A stretch of 39,243 bases of DNA, from assembly GCA_001275005.1 (NCBI GenBank), contig JWZX01003383.1:1-39243 (forward strand), given 5' to 3'. This DNA comes from Chrysochromulina tobinii (taxonomy: Eukaryota). The notes under the pieces are model-generated. The model saw only the letters and a list, made by a program, of their open reading frames with translations, searched no databases and was not told the DNA's origin. Position 1 is the stretch's first letter, and each line of letters opens with the position of its first letter. Positions 21,277-32,269 of the stretch are shown piece after piece. The translations under genes and the position numbers were made by a program.

Positions 21277-22959
21277 ATGATGATGAGCATCCTCACGCCG
21301 CTCATCCTCTCGTGGTCGATGCCGTCGTCGAGGACGATGACGGGTCCCACGGCCGCTCCCGCGCGGCTTTCGCTGCGGTGTGTGGCGGCTCCGTGCATGC
21401 AGGCGGTGCCGCCTCTGAAGGTGGTCATCGCGGGCGGTGGCGTTGGCGGACTGACGACATCGCTTGCCATGCTCAAGGCAGGTTTCGACGTGACGCTGTA
21501 CGAGAAAACGCAAAAGTACGCGCGCTTCGGTGGACCGATCCAGTTTGCAAGCAACGCGCTCTCAACACTCAAGGCCATCGACGAGAATCTCTTCGCACGC
21601 GTGATGGAGAAGTTCACTTTCACGGGAACACGCCGGTGTGGCATCAAGGACGGCTTGCGCGCGGATGGCACGTTCCGCATGACGAATGTGGCGGACCCCA
21701 AGTACTTGATTGACCCTGGCGTGCCTGCGGACTGGTACCTCGAGTTCCCGCTGCGCCAGTGCGCCGATTTCTTCCAGCTGCCGTACACTGGCGTCATCAA
21801 CCGGCCAGACCTGCAAGAGATCCTTGTCGAAGAGTGTCGGAAGCTCAAGCCCGACTTCCTCGTCAACGGCGCGCCTGTCGCCGCGTACGAGAACACGCCC
21901 GAGGGCGTCTCGGTCCGTTTGAAGGACGGCACCACCATCAGCGCGGACGTGCTCGTAGGCTCAGACGGCATCTGGAGCGCGGTGCGCGCGCAGATGTATG
22001 GCGAGGGTGAAGTCAAGGGCCTCACGGCTGACGGCCGGACGCAACAGGGCTGCCCCTACTCAGGGTACACAGTCTTCGCCGGCGAGTTCGTGCCCGAGCG
22101 CGTCGAGGACTTCCGCGACTACTACGAGTGCGGCTACAAGGTGTACATCGGCCCTCGCAAGTATTTCGTCACGTCCGATGTGGGCGATGGGCGCGTGCAG
22201 TGGTACTCGTTCCTCGCGCAGCCACCCAACACGCGGCGGGCAGGCGACAGCTGGGAGGGCGGCGCGTCGACGGAGAAGGAGGGAACCGACGTGATCTCGT
22301 ATCTCAAGGGCCTGCACGAGGGCTGGACGGACGAGATCCACTACGTGCTCGACAGCACGCCAGCTGCAGCTGTCGAGCAGCGCGATCTGTACGATCGGTG
22401 GCCCGAGTTGTTCCGATCGTGGGCTGACGGCTCCGCAGTGCTGGTGGGCGACGCCGTCCACCCGATGATGCCCAACCTCGGGCAGGGCGGCTGCCAAGCC
22501 ATCGAAGATGCATTCGAGCTCACCAAGGCCCTCAAGGAGGCTGTCCTAACCTCCGACGCTGCCGTCCCGCGCCCAGAGCTCACGCGCGCGGCGCTGCAGA
22601 CCTTTTACAAGCGTCGCGTGGCGCGCTGCGCCGGCGTCTCGCTGCTGTCGCGGCTCGCCTCGGATCTGATTGTCAACTTTTTCGACACGCCGTGGTCGCC
22701 TCACGATTCTCGCGGTAACAGCGCGCTGGGGTACCTCACGTTCGCATGGAAGCCGCTGCTACAGTTCGTCATCTTCCCTCTCCAATTCCTCTTCCTGTAC
22801 TCGTACCACCCCTCGGGCAGCATGGGCGATCTGCCCAAGCGCCTCGAAGCCGCCTGGCGCACACGTCACAAGCCCGCCGCCGAGGCGGCGTTCGCAAAGG
22901 CGGCCAAGGAAGGACAGGCAGTTGGCGCCCCCTCGTTTTTCTCGGCCTCCAAGAGCTGA
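21277..22959 (+). CDS. ZEP: Zeaxanthin epoxidase (FAD monooxygenase) with probable plastid-targeting presequence
   Basis: VIAGGGVGG, RFGGPIQFASNAL, LPYTGVINRPDLQ, DVLVGSDGIWS, YSGYTVFAG, GDAVHPMMPNLGQGGCQAIEDA. Confidence 0.93.
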   Translation: MMMSILTPLILSWSMPSSRTMTGPTAAPARLSLRCVAAPCMQAVPPLKVVIAGGGVGGLTTSLAMLKAGFDVTLYEKTQKYARFGGPIQFASNALSTLKAIDENLFARVMEKFTFTGTRRCGIKDGLRADGTFRMTNVADPKYLIDPGVPADWYLEFPLRQCADFFQLPYTGVINRPDLQEILVEECRKLKPDFLVNGAPVAAYENTPEGVSVRLKDGTTISADVLVGSDGIWSAVRAQMYGEGEVKGLTADGRTQQGCPYSGYTVFAGEFVPERVEDFRDYYECGYKVYIGPRKYFVTSDVGDGRVQWYSFLAQPPNTRRAGDSWEGGASTEKEGTDVISYLKGLHEGWTDEIHYVLDSTPAAAVEQRDLYDRWPELFRSWADGSAVLVGDAVHPMMPNLGQGGCQAIEDAFELTKALKEAVLTSDAAVPRPELTRAALQTFYKRRVARCAGVSLLSRLASDLIVNFFDTPWSPHDSRGNSALGYLTFAWKPLLQFVIFPLQFLFLYSYHPSGSMGDLPKRLEAAWRTRHKPAAEAAFAKAAKEGQAVGAPSFFSASKS

Positions 22960-23047
22960 TCGTGAGAAAGGTAAGAACATCACAACGCAAGTTCCCCTCT
23001 GCGGATTTATAGAAGTTTCCTGTGGGAGATCCAACACAAAACACCAC

Positions 23048-24358
23048 ATGTCGCTAATCTCCCTCATGGCGATGTCCCTCACGTTAGCGCGTCCACTGCG
23101 ACGTGGAGGTGGGTGCAGTCTCACGATGAGCTCAGCGCTCTCCATTCCAGTGTCTCCCCGCCGTGCACGGAGCTTGTACTGCTGCGCGCCTGCGACTGCC
23201 GGGGCAACGGCAGCGGTGCTGGAGCCGGCAGCGCCCACAGAGCCTGCGGTGAAGAAGCGCGTGCTTTCCGGCGTGCAGCCAACGGGCATGCTGCACCTGG
23301 GAAATTACCTCGGAGCGATCCGCCAGTGGGTCGCCAACCAGGAACTGTACGACAACTACTTTTGTGTCGTTGATCTGCATGCCATCACTGCGCCACACAC
23401 ACCGAAGGAGCTCACCAAGGATACGTACCGGACCGCTGCGCTGTACCTTGCGAGCGGGATCGATCCGGAGCAGTCGCGCATCTTTGTGCAGTCTCACGTG
23501 ACCGCTCACGCGGAGCTGACTGTGGCTGCTCAACTCGCGCGACGCCCATGGGCTGGCTCGAGAAGATCGATTCAGTACAAGGAGAAGTCGGCGAAGCAAG
23601 GTGCCAACTCTGAATCGGTGCGCCGCATCCTCTACTCATGCTCACCCGCCATCGCCGCTGACCGTACCGTCGTCGCGCGGCAGGTGAGTGTCGGCCTCTT
23701 CGACTATCCCGTGCTGATGGCGGCCGACATCCTCCTGTATCAGACGCAGCTCGTTCCCGTGGGAGAGGATCAGCGCCAGCATCTCGAGCTCACGCGAGAT
23801 ATTGCTCGCCGGTTCAACGACCAGTATTGTAAGAACAAGGAGCGCAAGACATTCGTCGAGCCGGAGGCGCTCATCGTCAAGTCGAACGCCAGGGTGATGA
23901 GCCTTCAGGATGGGAGCGCGAAGATGTCCAAGTCTGCCGAGAATGACATGAGCCGCATCAACCTTCTCGACCCGCCGGACGTGATCGCACAGAAGATCAA
24001 GCGCTGCAAGACGGACTCGGTCAAGGGGCTGTCGTACGACCCGGCGCGCCCGGAGGCGGTCAACCTGCTTGGCATCTACGAGGCGATGAGCGGCAGGTCC
24101 CGCGCGGAGGTCGAGCTAGATCTCGAGAGCATGGCTGGCTGGGGCACGTTCAAGCCGCTGCTGACGGAGGCGACCATCGCGCACCTCGAGCCGCTACAGA
24201 AGCGGTACAACGAGATCGTAAGCGAGACGGAGTACCTGACCAAGGTACTCAAAGAGGGCCAGGAGGCTGCTGATGAGGTTGCTTCTCGGACGCTCGCCGA
24301 CGCGAAGAGAGCAATGGGCTTCACGCTGCTTGGAGATAAAAAGCTGCCCAAACTGTGA
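23048..24358 (+). CDS. trpS: Tryptophanyl-tRNA synthetase, bacterial-type organellar; in-frame intron 23618-23683
   Basis: SGVQPTGMLHLGNYLGA, YPVLMAADIL, VPVGEDQRQHLE and KMSKS motifs; N-terminal targeting-like extension. Confidence 0.95.
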   Translation: MSLISLMAMSLTLARPLRRGGGCSLTMSSALSIPVSPRRARSLYCCAPATAGATAAVLEPAAPTEPAVKKRVLSGVQPTGMLHLGNYLGAIRQWVANQELYDNYFCVVDLHAITAPHTPKELTKDTYRTAALYLASGIDPEQSRIFVQSHVTAHAELTVAAQLARRPWAGSRRSIQYKEKSAKQGANSESVRRILYSCSPAIAADRTVVARQVSVGLFDYPVLMAADILLYQTQLVPVGEDQRQHLELTRDIARRFNDQYCKNKERKTFVEPEALIVKSNARVMSLQDGSAKMSKSAENDMSRINLLDPPDVIAQKIKRCKTDSVKGLSYDPARPEAVNLLGIYEAMSGRSRAEVELDLESMAGWGTFKPLLTEATIAHLEPLQKRYNEIVSETEYLTKVLKEGQEAADEVASRTLADAKRAMGFTLLGDKKLPKL

Positions 24359-24822
24359 GATTGCATGCCAGCGCCGCCTCACGCTTGGGATGGCCAGGCA
24401 GACACAGTGCACGTGTGATGTGAAACGTCGACGTCGCCGCTGCGGCCTGTGCGCGCCTGTCGACCCGGAGCGTCGCCCGCTACTTATATACTGAATCTCG
24501 CACAGCGCGTCCCGCCCCGCGCGCGCCGCTGGGCCGGGGTGTGGAAAAAGTGTAAAGTCTTGAGACGACATGAGCGGCTCGACTCGTTTTCGGCCCGTGA
24601 CGTGCTCGACCTCACACGCCGCGGCACATAGGGTTACTCTAACTCCTCCACACCCGCCGCGGCACCGCCGGTCGCCGGCCGCGCGGTGCGGAGCGCACGG
24701 TGCTAGTATAGAACAGCGTCATCGAGTCACGCTCGAAGCATCGATGCGGAGAAGACTGCGCGCCCGCAGTCCCAGGGCCAGTCCCAGAGTACGTGTCCCA
24801 ATATCGAGTGCACCGCCGTCTC

Positions 24823-27696
24823 TTATCCTGTGAAGCGCTCATACACATACTGTGGCCATGCATCGACTGGAAGGGCCTTGGCGATCACGTCGCGGTAGAG
24901 CTCCTCAATCGGGAGATTATTGAGCTTCACCTTGGTCTGCGCCGCCAGCAACACCTTGACGAGCAGGCACGTGTTGTGGAAGAAGCGTCCCTTGACCTGC
25001 GAGTCGAGCGACACACCGTCCGGCACCAGACCCTTGGTGCTCGTCAGGGCCTCGGCCACTGGATCAATGCCCGCGAGGCGCTGCGCCTGCATCAGGGCTG
25101 CTTTGGTCGTCTGCAGCTCCATCGCCAGCTCCTCGTTCTTGCGCCCGAGCTGCGAGCCCCCTATCTTGATCTCGAGCTGTGCCGCCTGCAGCTTCTCGGC
25201 GAGCACCATGATCTGCTCGTCGCGGGCCGCGCACTCGCGCTGGAGCAGCGCGTGCTTCTCATCGGTGGCTCCTGCACGGCCCTCCTTGGCGAGCATCTCC
25301 TCCTCCAGGACGGCGATGCTCTGTCGCAGCAGTGCGACTTGCTCGTCCTTGGCCCGCAGCTCGTCCGACAGCGCCTCAACGCTCGCCCCGAGCGAGGCCT
25401 CCGCGCCGCCCGCATGGCGCAGCTTGCCCATGGCCGCAGCCTTGAGCTTCGAGCGCACGTGCTCCAGCTGCTCGTCCTTGGCGGTGACGGCCACCTCGAG
25501 GCTCGAGATCCGCCCGTGCGCGGCGGCGAGCTCGGTGGCGCGTGCCTCGCCCTCGAGGGCTGCCTGGCGCAGATGGGCGTGCAGCTCGTCCGCCCGGTCA
25601 CTGCGTGCCCGCACCTTGGCACGCGCCGCCTCGAGCAGCTCGTTGAGCGTGCGGATCTGCTCGTCCCGCGCGAGCAGCTCCGCCTCCTTGAGCCGATGCT
25701 TGGAGCGCTCATCCGCGAGGGCATCACGCATCATCTCGAGGTCGAAGGCGTTGGCGCGCGCGCGCTGCCTCTCGAGCTCGGCGGCGTCTTCCGCCGCCTC
25801 ACGCCGCTCCGCCGACGCGTCGAGCTCCGCTTGCGCCTGTGAGTACGACTGTTTCAGGTTGTGATGGCCATCGCGCAGCCCGCGCAGCTCCGCAAACAGC
25901 TCCTCGGCTCGCGTCGCCTCGCCCCGCCGCTGCTCAGCCACCTCAATCGCCTCACGCTGCCTCGCTGCTGCGAGTGTCGCCTGCTGCGCCGCGTGCTCCT
26001 CGGCCGTATTCTTCGCCTCGAGAGCCTCTGTGAGCGTCGTCGTGAGCTGGCTCACGTGGGCCTGCGCCTCGTCGAAGCGCTGGCGCAGCTCGGAGAGACG
26101 CAGCTCCGCGCCCTGTATCGACTTGTTGGCCGCGGCCGCCTGCTCGCGAGCGGCCTCCTTTTCCTCCTTGAGGATGGGGATCTCGACCGACTCGAGCCTC
26201 GCCACGTGCTCGGTCAGCTCACGCACCCGATTCTCACGCTCGGCGAGGACGCGCCGTAGCGCCGTGAGTGTGTCGAGGAGCATCTTGTGGCGCTCGTCAC
26301 GGCCGGCGAGCGACTGCTCGAGCGCCTTGGCCTGGTCCTTCGCCTCCTCGAGCTGCTGCATCGCGAGCGGCTCCGACACGTTCCGGCGCGTCTCGTCCGC
26401 CCCGTACGCGTCCGCGAGGGCACTCTCCCTCTGCTCGAGTCGGGCCCGGAGGTCGGAGCACACGTCCTTGAGACGCGCGTACCGGTCGACGGCCACGTGC
26501 ACCTCCGCCTCGGCGACGGCCGCGCGCCGCCCCTCCGTGTCCCGGCGCTGCTCGGCGTCCGCTGCCCGGAGCTCCGCCGCCAGCTGCTGCGAGCGCGCGT
26601 GCGCCACGGCCTGCTCCTTGTCGACGCTCGCCTGGCGCGCCTCGGCGAGAGAGGCCTTGAGCTGCGCGAGCTGGGCCTCGAGTGAGGCCTTCGTCGCCTC
26701 GGCCTGCTCCGCGCGCGACTGCATCTGGCGCAGCTCGTGCGCGTGGTCGAGCTCGGCCTTGCGCATCTTCTCGAGGGCACGCTCGGCACTCGCGACCGTG
26801 ACCTGCTGTTGGCTCACTGAGGCGCGGAGCACTGACAGCTCTTGCTCCGCCTCGCGCAGACGCTCGTTCTTGGCCTCGAGCTCCTTCTGGAGGATCTCGA
26901 GGCGCACCTTGGCGGCCTTCGTCTCCTCGTTCCACATCTGCTGCTGCAGCGCGCCCTCCCAGACCTCATGCGTCGCCTTGCCCAACTGGCTCTCCTTGGC
27001 GCTGTTGTCCGACTGCGCCTCCTCCAGTAACTTGCCCAGCGCCAACAGCCGCTTCTCAAGAGAGTCGATTTCGAAACTCTTCGCGTGCTCGGACTCGGCG
27101 AGCGTGGCGAGCTTCACCGCCTGGTCGCGCACGAGCGCCTGAGCGCCCTGCAGCTCGTCGCGCAGCTGTGCCGCAAGCTCCGTCGCCTGCAGCCCTCCTG
27201 CCATCCCCGTCTCCTGCACCATCGCCACCCGGCTCTCGCTACGCTGCGCTGCCGCGTCGCGCCGAGCGCGTTCGGCGTCCGCTTCGGCGAGCGCGCGCGC
27301 GCTCTCGGCCGCGCTAGCCCTCTCGGCTGCGGTCTTTTCGGCCGCCTCGGCAGCGGCCAACCGTGTCCGCACCTCGCCAAGTTGTCGTTGCCATTGGGCT
27401 GCCTGCTCACGGGACTGCTGCAACGCCTCCTTCTCGGACCGCAGCTCGAACTCCTTGGCATCCAGCTCGTCGCGCAGCCCTGCGACGAGCTCCTTGAGGT
27501 CCTCTGACTCGACGGCCAAAGTGGAGAGCCTGGACTGTGCGAGCCGCTCCTTGGAGGCGAGCTCATTGTGCCGGGCCTGCTTTTCTCCAAGCTGGTGCCG
27601 AAGGCGGTCATTCTCCTTGCCCTGCTCCTCGGCCACCTGCTGCGCTGCGAGCACCTCCGCTTTCAGGGCCTCGAGACGAGCCTCGGCTGCCGCCAT
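24823..27696 (-). CDS. Long coiled-coil protein with small C-terminal globular domain
   Basis: Single ~957-aa ORF rich in E/A/L/R/Q heptads. Confidence 0.8.
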   Translation of the reverse strand: MAAAEARLEALKAEVLAAQQVAEEQGKENDRLRHQLGEKQARHNELASKERLAQSRLSTLAVESEDLKELVAGLRDELDAKEFELRSEKEALQQSREQAAQWQRQLGEVRTRLAAAEAAEKTAAERASAAESARALAEADAERARRDAAAQRSESRVAMVQETGMAGGLQATELAAQLRDELQGAQALVRDQAVKLATLAESEHAKSFEIDSLEKRLLALGKLLEEAQSDNSAKESQLGKATHEVWEGALQQQMWNEETKAAKVRLEILQKELEAKNERLREAEQELSVLRASVSQQQVTVASAERALEKMRKAELDHAHELRQMQSRAEQAEATKASLEAQLAQLKASLAEARQASVDKEQAVAHARSQQLAAELRAADAEQRRDTEGRRAAVAEAEVHVAVDRYARLKDVCSDLRARLEQRESALADAYGADETRRNVSEPLAMQQLEEAKDQAKALEQSLAGRDERHKMLLDTLTALRRVLAERENRVRELTEHVARLESVEIPILKEEKEAAREQAAAANKSIQGAELRLSELRQRFDEAQAHVSQLTTTLTEALEAKNTAEEHAAQQATLAAARQREAIEVAEQRRGEATRAEELFAELRGLRDGHHNLKQSYSQAQAELDASAERREAAEDAAELERQRARANAFDLEMMRDALADERSKHRLKEAELLARDEQIRTLNELLEAARAKVRARSDRADELHAHLRQAALEGEARATELAAAHGRISSLEVAVTAKDEQLEHVRSKLKAAAMGKLRHAGGAEASLGASVEALSDELRAKDEQVALLRQSIAVLEEEMLAKEGRAGATDEKHALLQRECAARDEQIMVLAEKLQAAQLEIKIGGSQLGRKNEELAMELQTTKAALMQAQRLAGIDPVAEALTSTKGLVPDGVSLDSQVKGRFFHNTCLLVKVLLAAQTKVKLNNLPIEELYRDVIAKALPVDAWPQYVYERFTG

Positions 27697-28096
27697 GATC
27701 AGGGTCTGTTCTGCGGACTGATTTCGGCAGGTGGGGCAAGCCGAAGACGAGCGTGATTTCATGCGTAAAAGGACAGGCAAATGGTCTCCAATGGCGCTAC
27801 GGTGCTTCTAGCTTGTGTAAATCGGTGGCATCAGCGACACGGACCTACACAATGGCTCCCCAGGAGTTGTTCCACAGGTTCCAGCTCTCGTTACTCGTCG
27901 AGCACTGAGTGCCCATACTCGGAGGGGTTCAGCGCGCGAAGGGCGGGCTCGTGGTTCGTCGTGTCACACACGTCGTACCCGTCCATTGCACGGCCACACA
28001 ACACGACGGCAGCCGCAGCGACAATGCTCGTGGGAGGGTCTCCACTGGACTCAGTGCAAGGAACGCTCGTGCACTCAGCGCACTTCTGTATCGAGC

Positions 28097-28700
28097 CTAT
28101 TCCTCGTCCTCGTCCTCGTCCTCATCCTCGTCCTCGCCCTCGTCCTTGCTCTCGTCGTGCAACGCTACATGCTGTGCATACTTGGCCACGCAGTCCCGGA
28201 TCCGCTGTGCATACTGGCTCGGGTTGCGCATCATCAGAGCCGCCGCCTCGCCGTTGAGCGGGTCGGTCGGATTGGGGTAGAGGAGGAGCTGTGGTAGGAA
28301 GACGTCAAAGACGTTCACGAGGTCGAACATGGGCGACCACGTCTGGTTGATCACGTCGAGGCACACGGTGCCAGACCTGAAGCGCGGGCCACGCAAGCAC
28401 TCACGTCATTCTTCCTGACTTCACTCGGGGGATTGGTCGGAAAGGCAGGGCGCACATTTCGTCCACATTGGGATGGAAGATGCGATTACAGAAACCGATC
28501 GAGGGCGACTTGTACGGGTAGCCTTCAGGCAGCCCGACGTGCACCTTCCATGAACCTCCCTCGTATGGGCTGTCGCTTGGCCCGTGGAAGAGTACGTGCA
28601 TGTCGTTGGTGCTCTCGTTGACGAGATGAACCTCGAAGTCGCTCATCATGAGCTTCGTCACGTCCAATTCTCGTCGCCGTGACGCGTTCGGCGACGCCAT
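28097..28700 (-). CDS. UBE2H: Ubiquitin-conjugating enzyme E2 of the UBE2H/Ubc8 family; intron 28377-28455
   Basis: [54 protein letters not shown] and an acidic tail. Confidence 0.95.
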
Positions 28701-28801
28701 CGTTGGGGGACGGACGGGCGCCCCTCTCGCGGCTGCCGAAGCTGGATAGGACGAACTTTCAAGCCCAAATCGGGACAGGACCGGGACTCCCACGTCGTCC
28801 G
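28701..28801. promoter_or_regulatory. Putative compact bidirectional promoter (E2 / SET gene)
   Basis: Only 101 bp between divergent inferred ATGs. Confidence 0.45.
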
Positions 28802-30346
28802 ATGCGGAGCGCGTCGACCCTCGCCGATGGCGCGCGCATCGTTGATATCCCTGACCGCGGCCGCGGCATCGTGGCGACGCGCGCTTTGCCGGCCGGCACG
28901 TGCCTCTTCACCGAATTCCCGCTGGTCGCGATGCAGCACGGCGCCAACGCACGGGCGGGTGTCAGCGTGTGCGAGTGTTGCTTTCGTTTCATCGGACCGC
29001 TGGAGATGCAGGTTAAAGGGCTGCTCTTCAGCCGCGGCAGATCGGGTGACTGTGCATTTGAACGGCTTCCAGCAGTCCCTGGCATGTACGAGCTGCCACT
29101 ACCGGTCAGCTGCCCCGGCGGATGCCAGCTGCGCTTCTGCAGCGAGGCATGCGCAACACAAACCTACATGGAGCAGCACCGATTGCTATGTCCCGGCAGA
29201 GCGGGTGCAAAGAACGCTACTGCGTGCGGAGCGGCGGCGACGACTTTGGACGAGGAGCTGCCTCGGCCACCTCCCTGCGCACCACCTGCGAGCCTAATCG
29301 AGGAGCGCTTGGCGGGTTTGGAGCTCCATGCGGACGAGCGCGGAGCCGTCGCGGCTGCGGCTGCTCTATCAAGCGGCACAGTCGCAGCACCAGCTGCGCC
29401 AGCCGCGTCCGCCGAGCCAGTCACGTATTCGACGTCAACGACCACAACCTCCGAAGTGGCCCCAGCACCCCAGCTCGGTCAGTTCGATGATTCGCAACCC
29501 GAACCAGTAAGTGGGGTGGCCCCCGCAATGGCCACGACCCTCGAGGAGCTTCCGGCGGAGCCCTTTGCACGCTTCGTCGCGCATGCCAACGCCACGAATG
29601 AGATCTTTCTCATGGCGGCCAAAGCGGTGGCGTATGTGCTCTGTCGCCTCGAGACCGAGGGCACGGAGGGATACAAGTCGGCCATGGCCCACTTTGAGGG
29701 ACCGCTCTGGTGGGACGCTGTCGCGACGCCCGATGACGTGACTGATGAGGCTGCCTTTCGACGCACGCTGCGCGAGTTGCTCACCGAGTCGTGGACGCTC
29801 CTCAAGCCGCTCCTCGCTCCGCACGCGCCGGCTCAGTGCGCGCTCCTCGACACGCCAGCCCCGTACGCGATCATCGTGGGCGCCTTCGAGCGGCGCAACT
29901 GCGCGGTGCAAGTGGCCTCGCCCGTGGAGGCGTACTTCCTCGCTGTCGATGCGATGCCAGAGGGAGACGCAAAAGATGGGGTGACCAAAGTCACGGCGCC
30001 GCTGCTCGACGCCCTCGATGCGGCCTATTCCACACCGTGCGACGGCACCGGCATCTTTCCAATGCAGGCCACCCTAAACCACTCGTGCGAGCCAAACGTG
30101 ACGCTGCTCAAGGAGGAAGGAGCCGAGGAGCGCGACGGGCGCGTCGTGGCGAGGCTGATGCGTGACGTGGCAGCGGGCGAGGAGCTCTGCAACGCGTACG
30201 TGGACATCAGCCTGCCCGTCCGACGACGTCGTCGCGAGCTCCGCGAGTACGGCTTCGAATGCGATTGCGCGCGGTGCGAACGAGAACTCAAGGCAGCGGA
30301 CGAGAAAAAGGCTACCAAGGCAGATGGCAAGCGGCGGCTCAAATAG
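28802..30346 (+). CDS. SMYD-type SET-domain lysine methyltransferase (SMYD5/ATXR2-like)
   Basis: RGRGIVATR, split MYND-like Cys/His pattern, [16 protein letters not shown] and post-[13 protein letters not shown]. Confidence 0.9.
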   Translation: MRSASTLADGARIVDIPDRGRGIVATRALPAGTCLFTEFPLVAMQHGANARAGVSVCECCFRFIGPLEMQVKGLLFSRGRSGDCAFERLPAVPGMYELPLPVSCPGGCQLRFCSEACATQTYMEQHRLLCPGRAGAKNATACGAAATTLDEELPRPPPCAPPASLIEERLAGLELHADERGAVAAAAALSSGTVAAPAAPAASAEPVTYSTSTTTTSEVAPAPQLGQFDDSQPEPVSGVAPAMATTLEELPAEPFARFVAHANATNEIFLMAAKAVAYVLCRLETEGTEGYKSAMAHFEGPLWWDAVATPDDVTDEAAFRRTLRELLTESWTLLKPLLAPHAPAQCALLDTPAPYAIIVGAFERRNCAVQVASPVEAYFLAVDAMPEGDAKDGVTKVTAPLLDALDAAYSTPCDGTGIFPMQATLNHSCEPNVTLLKEEGAEERDGRVVARLMRDVAAGEELCNAYVDISLPVRRRRRELREYGFECDCARCERELKAADEKKATKADGKRRLK

Positions 30347-30854
30347 CCGGACAATCTCAGACCCAAGTGGCCGGCTTTTACCGCGTACTAGTACGTTCCG
30401 CTTGACGACGTGATAGCGATCATGCGCATGTGTCGGCTGGGGTCGTCCGTTTCGCTCCGTCCCGTCCAGTTGCGCACACACGTCGTCACATAGGTATCGA
30501 CTCGTGCCCTCGGTCTACCCAACGGTCTACCCGGTCTCGTTAGGGGACCAGTACTCTTGGACGAGTCGAAGTCGGAAGTGCATCCACGACCGTCGTGGAA
30601 GTACTGGTCCAGAGCCGCCGGATCGTTTCAGGATTCAGCTTATTTAAACAATCGCGTTCGACGAATAACGGAATTAACAATTACCATACGCGTGCCGCGC
30701 GGTTTTAGCGCCGCCGCGCCGCGCGCGCGGGGCATCCAAGCCGCGCGCGGACAGTCGCTCATTTTTTCCCCCTTCCCGCCGCGCGGCGGTGCGGGCGGAG
30801 GCCGCCCAGCGGGGGTGTGGCGGAGGCACGCCGGCGTCGCGCACCACACACCTG

Positions 30855-32174
30855 CTACTGCTTCCCCGGTCGAAGCTGACGTCGATTCCATTGGACGAAG
30901 TTCGCCACGAGGGAGACGCAGAGCAAGGCGAGCGCTGGCCAGTCAGAGCGAGCGATCTCAGCGCCCGGTTCCTCCATCGGTCTCGCCGCCTCCGCCTCAG
31001 CACGCTGCAGCCGCGCCGCCAGGACCGCCTGCTGCTCCTGCAGCTTCGCTTGCAGCGCCTGCGCACCCAAAAGGGCTTTCTGAGCGTCAGCGATGGCCGC
31101 CGCGTTAGGGCGGGCCGCCGTGCAAGCATTCGAAGTGGCGCCCGACGGCAGGGCGGCGATGGCTGCAGCGGGGGAGGAGGCCGACGGCCCTGACGAGGGC
31201 ACCAGGCCAAGCGGTGCTCCTCCCTTGCGGATGACCATAGAGGCATCGAGGCCACCGCCCTGGTGCACGCCGGTCACCATCCAGAACCAGTCGTTGGCGC
31301 GTAGCAGCGTCTGCGTTTGAGGGTCGAGGGCCACTTTAGGTTTTGCGGCCCCTTTCAGGTGGCCAAAGCGGTCGAAGAGGAAGGGATGCTCGGCGAGCCG
31401 TTGCGGGAAGAAGCACTCGGCGCCGCACTCGGTGTTGGCGCTGGGCACCTGCTTCGAGTGCGCACTATCCCACGGCAACGCGCCGACGAGCATGTCCTCG
31501 ATAATGTAGAAGCCGCCCGGCCGCAGGCGTGGCCACAACGTGTGCAGGGTCCTCTGCTGATCGAAGAACTTGTGCGAGCCGTCGTCGAGGATGATGTCGA
31601 GCTGCTCGGGCAACGGCACCGCGCCCAGCTGCTTCGGGTCCGACGCATCGGTCTCGAGCGTCAGGTGGATGCGCGGGTTGTCCCACATCGAGCGGTTGTA
31701 ATCACAGCCGAATTGGGCCTGGTGTTTGACAAGCCTGTCGGTCGGTCCGCTTGGACGCGCGCGCTCGGCCACCTCCTTGCGCGTCTTGATGTCCACAGGA
31801 TAGATGTGTGCATTCGGGAAGTAGGTCGCCCATGCCTGCACTGAGGGCGCAGTGTCTTCCCCGATTCCGATCTCGAGCATGGACGTGATGGTCGAGCGCA
31901 GGGAGCCGAACAATGCGTGGTAAGCCGTGGCGTAGTGGTGCTTGCTTTGCCAAAAAGTACCCTGCGGCCGCCAAGGCACAAACTGTGAGAGGCGGTGACG
32001 AGCGTCGTGAGCCCTGGTGTAAGTGCAAACCTTGTCACTGCAGTACTTATCGAGGAGCTCGAGGAGCTCGTTCGTCGCACACGACGGTGGGCACGCTGGC
32101 TGGCCTGCGAGTGTTGCTGGCGCGGCTTGTGAACAGCCGAAGAGAACGAACATCAGCTTGACACTGGCGGCCAT
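30855..32174 (-). CDS. Class I SAM-dependent O-methyltransferase-like protein with signal peptide and C-terminal TM anchor; in-frame intron 31962-32030
   Basis: SDK...HHY...Y, MLEIGIG, VDI, LDIILDDGSH and LWPRLRPGGFYIIED motifs. Confidence 0.85.
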   Translation of the reverse strand: MAASVKLMFVLFGCSQAAPATLAGQPACPPSCATNELLELLDKYCSDKVCTYTRAHDARHRLSQFVPWRPQGTFWQSKHHYATAYHALFGSLRSTITSMLEIGIGEDTAPSVQAWATYFPNAHIYPVDIKTRKEVAERARPSGPTDRLVKHQAQFGCDYNRSMWDNPRIHLTLETDASDPKQLGAVPLPEQLDIILDDGSHKFFDQQRTLHTLWPRLRPGGFYIIEDMLVGALPWDSAHSKQVPSANTECGAECFFPQRLAEHPFLFDRFGHLKGAAKPKVALDPQTQTLLRANDWFWMVTGVHQGGGLDASMVIRKGGAPLGLVPSSGPSASSPAAAIAALPSGATSNACTAARPNAAAIADAQKALLGAQALQAKLQEQQAVLAARLQRAEAEAARPMEEPGAEIARSDWPALALLCVSLVANFVQWNRRQLRPGKQ

Positions 32175-32269
32175 TTTGTCGATGGACCTGTGAAATAGGT
32201 GTGAAAATCTAGAAGACCGCAGTCTTACTATCTACGAGCTGATTCAACTTGGCACTCATTACTGACATC

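Noticed and set aside
30510..30537. CGGTCTACCC short tandem repeat
   Set aside because: Only two to three copies; too small to interpret.
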